IMG/VR virus record: IMGVR_UViG_3300024432_001830
Length of the DNA: 12,720 nucleotides
Direction: 5' to 3' (one strand)
Origin: a virus
Of this stretch, positions 12,519 through 12,720 are shown in pieces (positions within the stretch are counted from its first letter, which is position 1; every line of letters starts with the position of its first letter). Under the pieces are notes generated by a model. It ran no database searches. It was given only the letters and a program-made list of their open reading frames with translations, and was not told the origin of the DNA. A program made the translations under genes and the position numbers.

Positions 12519-12720
12519 CTAAAATCTATCATCTTTATCATAATACTGCGCTTCAACAGATTCTACTTTCAAAATAATAAATAGAGCACAGTCTCTGTAT
12601 CTTCCTGCTTCCCTTTCACTAGTTACAAAATCTTTTGCTTCTCTTATACCGGAAAAAGGCCCTGAAATATCTTGACCATTAACAGCATTACTTTTTCTTA
12701 CAACATAATCTACTCTAATT
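12519..12720 (-). CDS. C-terminal 67 codons of an unknown protein (...IRVDYVVRKSNAVNGQDISGPFSGIREAKDFVTSEREAGRYRDCALFIILKVESVEAQYYDKDDRF). Its N-terminus lies beyond the right edge of the window. It sits immediately upstream of the MVP-homolog gene.
   Basis: The minus-strand reading frame is open from 12720 to a TAG at 12519-12521. It is on the same strand as the MVP homolog, and 48 nt downstream of its stop is the MVP-gene ATG. Confidence 0.5.
   Translation of the reverse strand, partial: IRVDYVVRKSNAVNGQDISGPFSGIREAKDFVTSEREAGRYRDCALFIILKVESVEAQYYDKDDRF

Overview
This is an AT-rich window (about 30% GC by eye) with densely packed genes, all coded on the minus strand. Most genes have strong Shine-Dalgarno sites (GGAGG/AGGAG), so the context is bacterial or phage, not eukaryotic. 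Reading minus-strand 5'->3' (high to low coordinates), the window contains:
- the C-terminal tail of an unknown ORF that runs off the right edge;
- an 821-aa complete-architecture homolog of the eukaryotic major vault protein (MVP);
- a K/E-rich coiled-coil protein;
- a run of about 10 tiny ORFs (45-94 aa), several of them translationally coupled (stop/start overlaps of 1-14 nt), including Cys4 and FmdB-type zinc ribbons and ORFs sharing shuffled sequence modules;
- a PD-(D/E)xK-like nuclease candidate;
- a stand-alone IS200/IS605-family TnpB (RuvC-like, IS1341-type);
- an extremely acidic tandem-repeat protein with a Cys knuckle and a C-terminal amphipathic tail;
- a T4-type single-chain DNA topoisomerase II ATPase+Toprim subunit;
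- two small or mid-size unknowns;
- the N-terminal ~470 codons of an anaerobic (class III) ribonucleotide reductase NrdD that runs off the left edge.
The gene content (T4-like topoisomerase plus nrdD, many tiny genes on one strand) suggests a large lytic phage or prophage of a low-GC host. The MVP homolog and its neighbours are the candidate undescribed system. All plus-strand ORFs in the track look like antisense artefacts.
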